From: a virus
Virus record (IMG/VR): IMGVR_UViG_3300034031_000020
Location: 1-64,000 of that record
DNA length: 64,000 nt
Strand: one strand, 5' to 3'
Each line of letters starts with the position of its first letter. The first letter of the stretch is position 1. Positions 63,873 to 64,000 of the stretch are shown here, piece after piece. The translations under genes and the position numbers were made by a program. Under the pieces are notes generated by a model. That model was not told the origin of the DNA and did not search any database. It was given only the letters and a program-made list of their open reading frames with translations.

Positions 63873-64000
63873 ATGGGACGGTTCCCGGTAGGGCGAGACA
63901 TCGCGGAACGGGTGCTGGCAACGTTCGTCATGACCGTTCTGGGCTTGGCCACGGCCGACGGTATCAACTGGACCGACTGGGGCAGCCTCGACAACTGGCA
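63873..64000 (+). CDS. holin (r1t-like), partial
   Basis: SD AGGAGG; DIAERVLATFV followed by TM; runs off the window. Confidence 0.7.
   Translation, partial: MGRFPVGRDIAERVLATFVMTVLGLATADGINWTDWGSLDNW

Noticed and set aside
1-64000. Integrase/attP, DNA polymerase, reverse transcriptase or DGR
   Set aside because: No recognisable motifs in this window; lifestyle (temperate or lytic) cannot be settled from it

Overview
This window is a large part of a high-GC tailed (siphovirus-type) actinobacteriophage or prophage. The actinobacterial host is inferred from WhiB, SigA/HrdB-type promoters and leaderless genes; no integrase or DNA polymerase is visible. Layout: (1) 1-11.4 kb, early cassettes of small genes (NUDIX, methyltransferase, XRE-type HTH, DUF932) under a repeated promoter with twin 17-bp operator-like sites, plus two tRNA-like elements; (2) 11.4-23 kb, recombination/replication (PD-(D/E)XK exonuclease, ERF, RuvC, WhiB, MerR-like HTH, DUF3987-like helicase, an iteron/AT-rich origin) and a phage-encoded globin; (3) 23-29.4 kb, a separate virion-accessory operon (small beta-rich subunits, SGNH hydrolase, T/A/V/P repeat protein) and HNH; (4) 30.6-33.6 kb, a two-catalytic-domain endolysin coupled to a membrane protein with an ethylene-receptor (ETR1)-like N-terminal domain; (5) a third tRNA-like RNA, a probable cos/packaging site and a minus-strand cluster; (6) 39.7-64 kb, C1 peptidase, SNase, terminase, portal, ClpP+HK97 double protease, capsid, glycosyltransferase+methyltransferase, tail genes and a partial holin. 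The best candidate for an undescribed system is a gas/redox-sensing set: an ETR1-like sensor fused to a lysis membrane protein, a globin and WhiB. All family calls are by-eye motif recognition; no searches were run.
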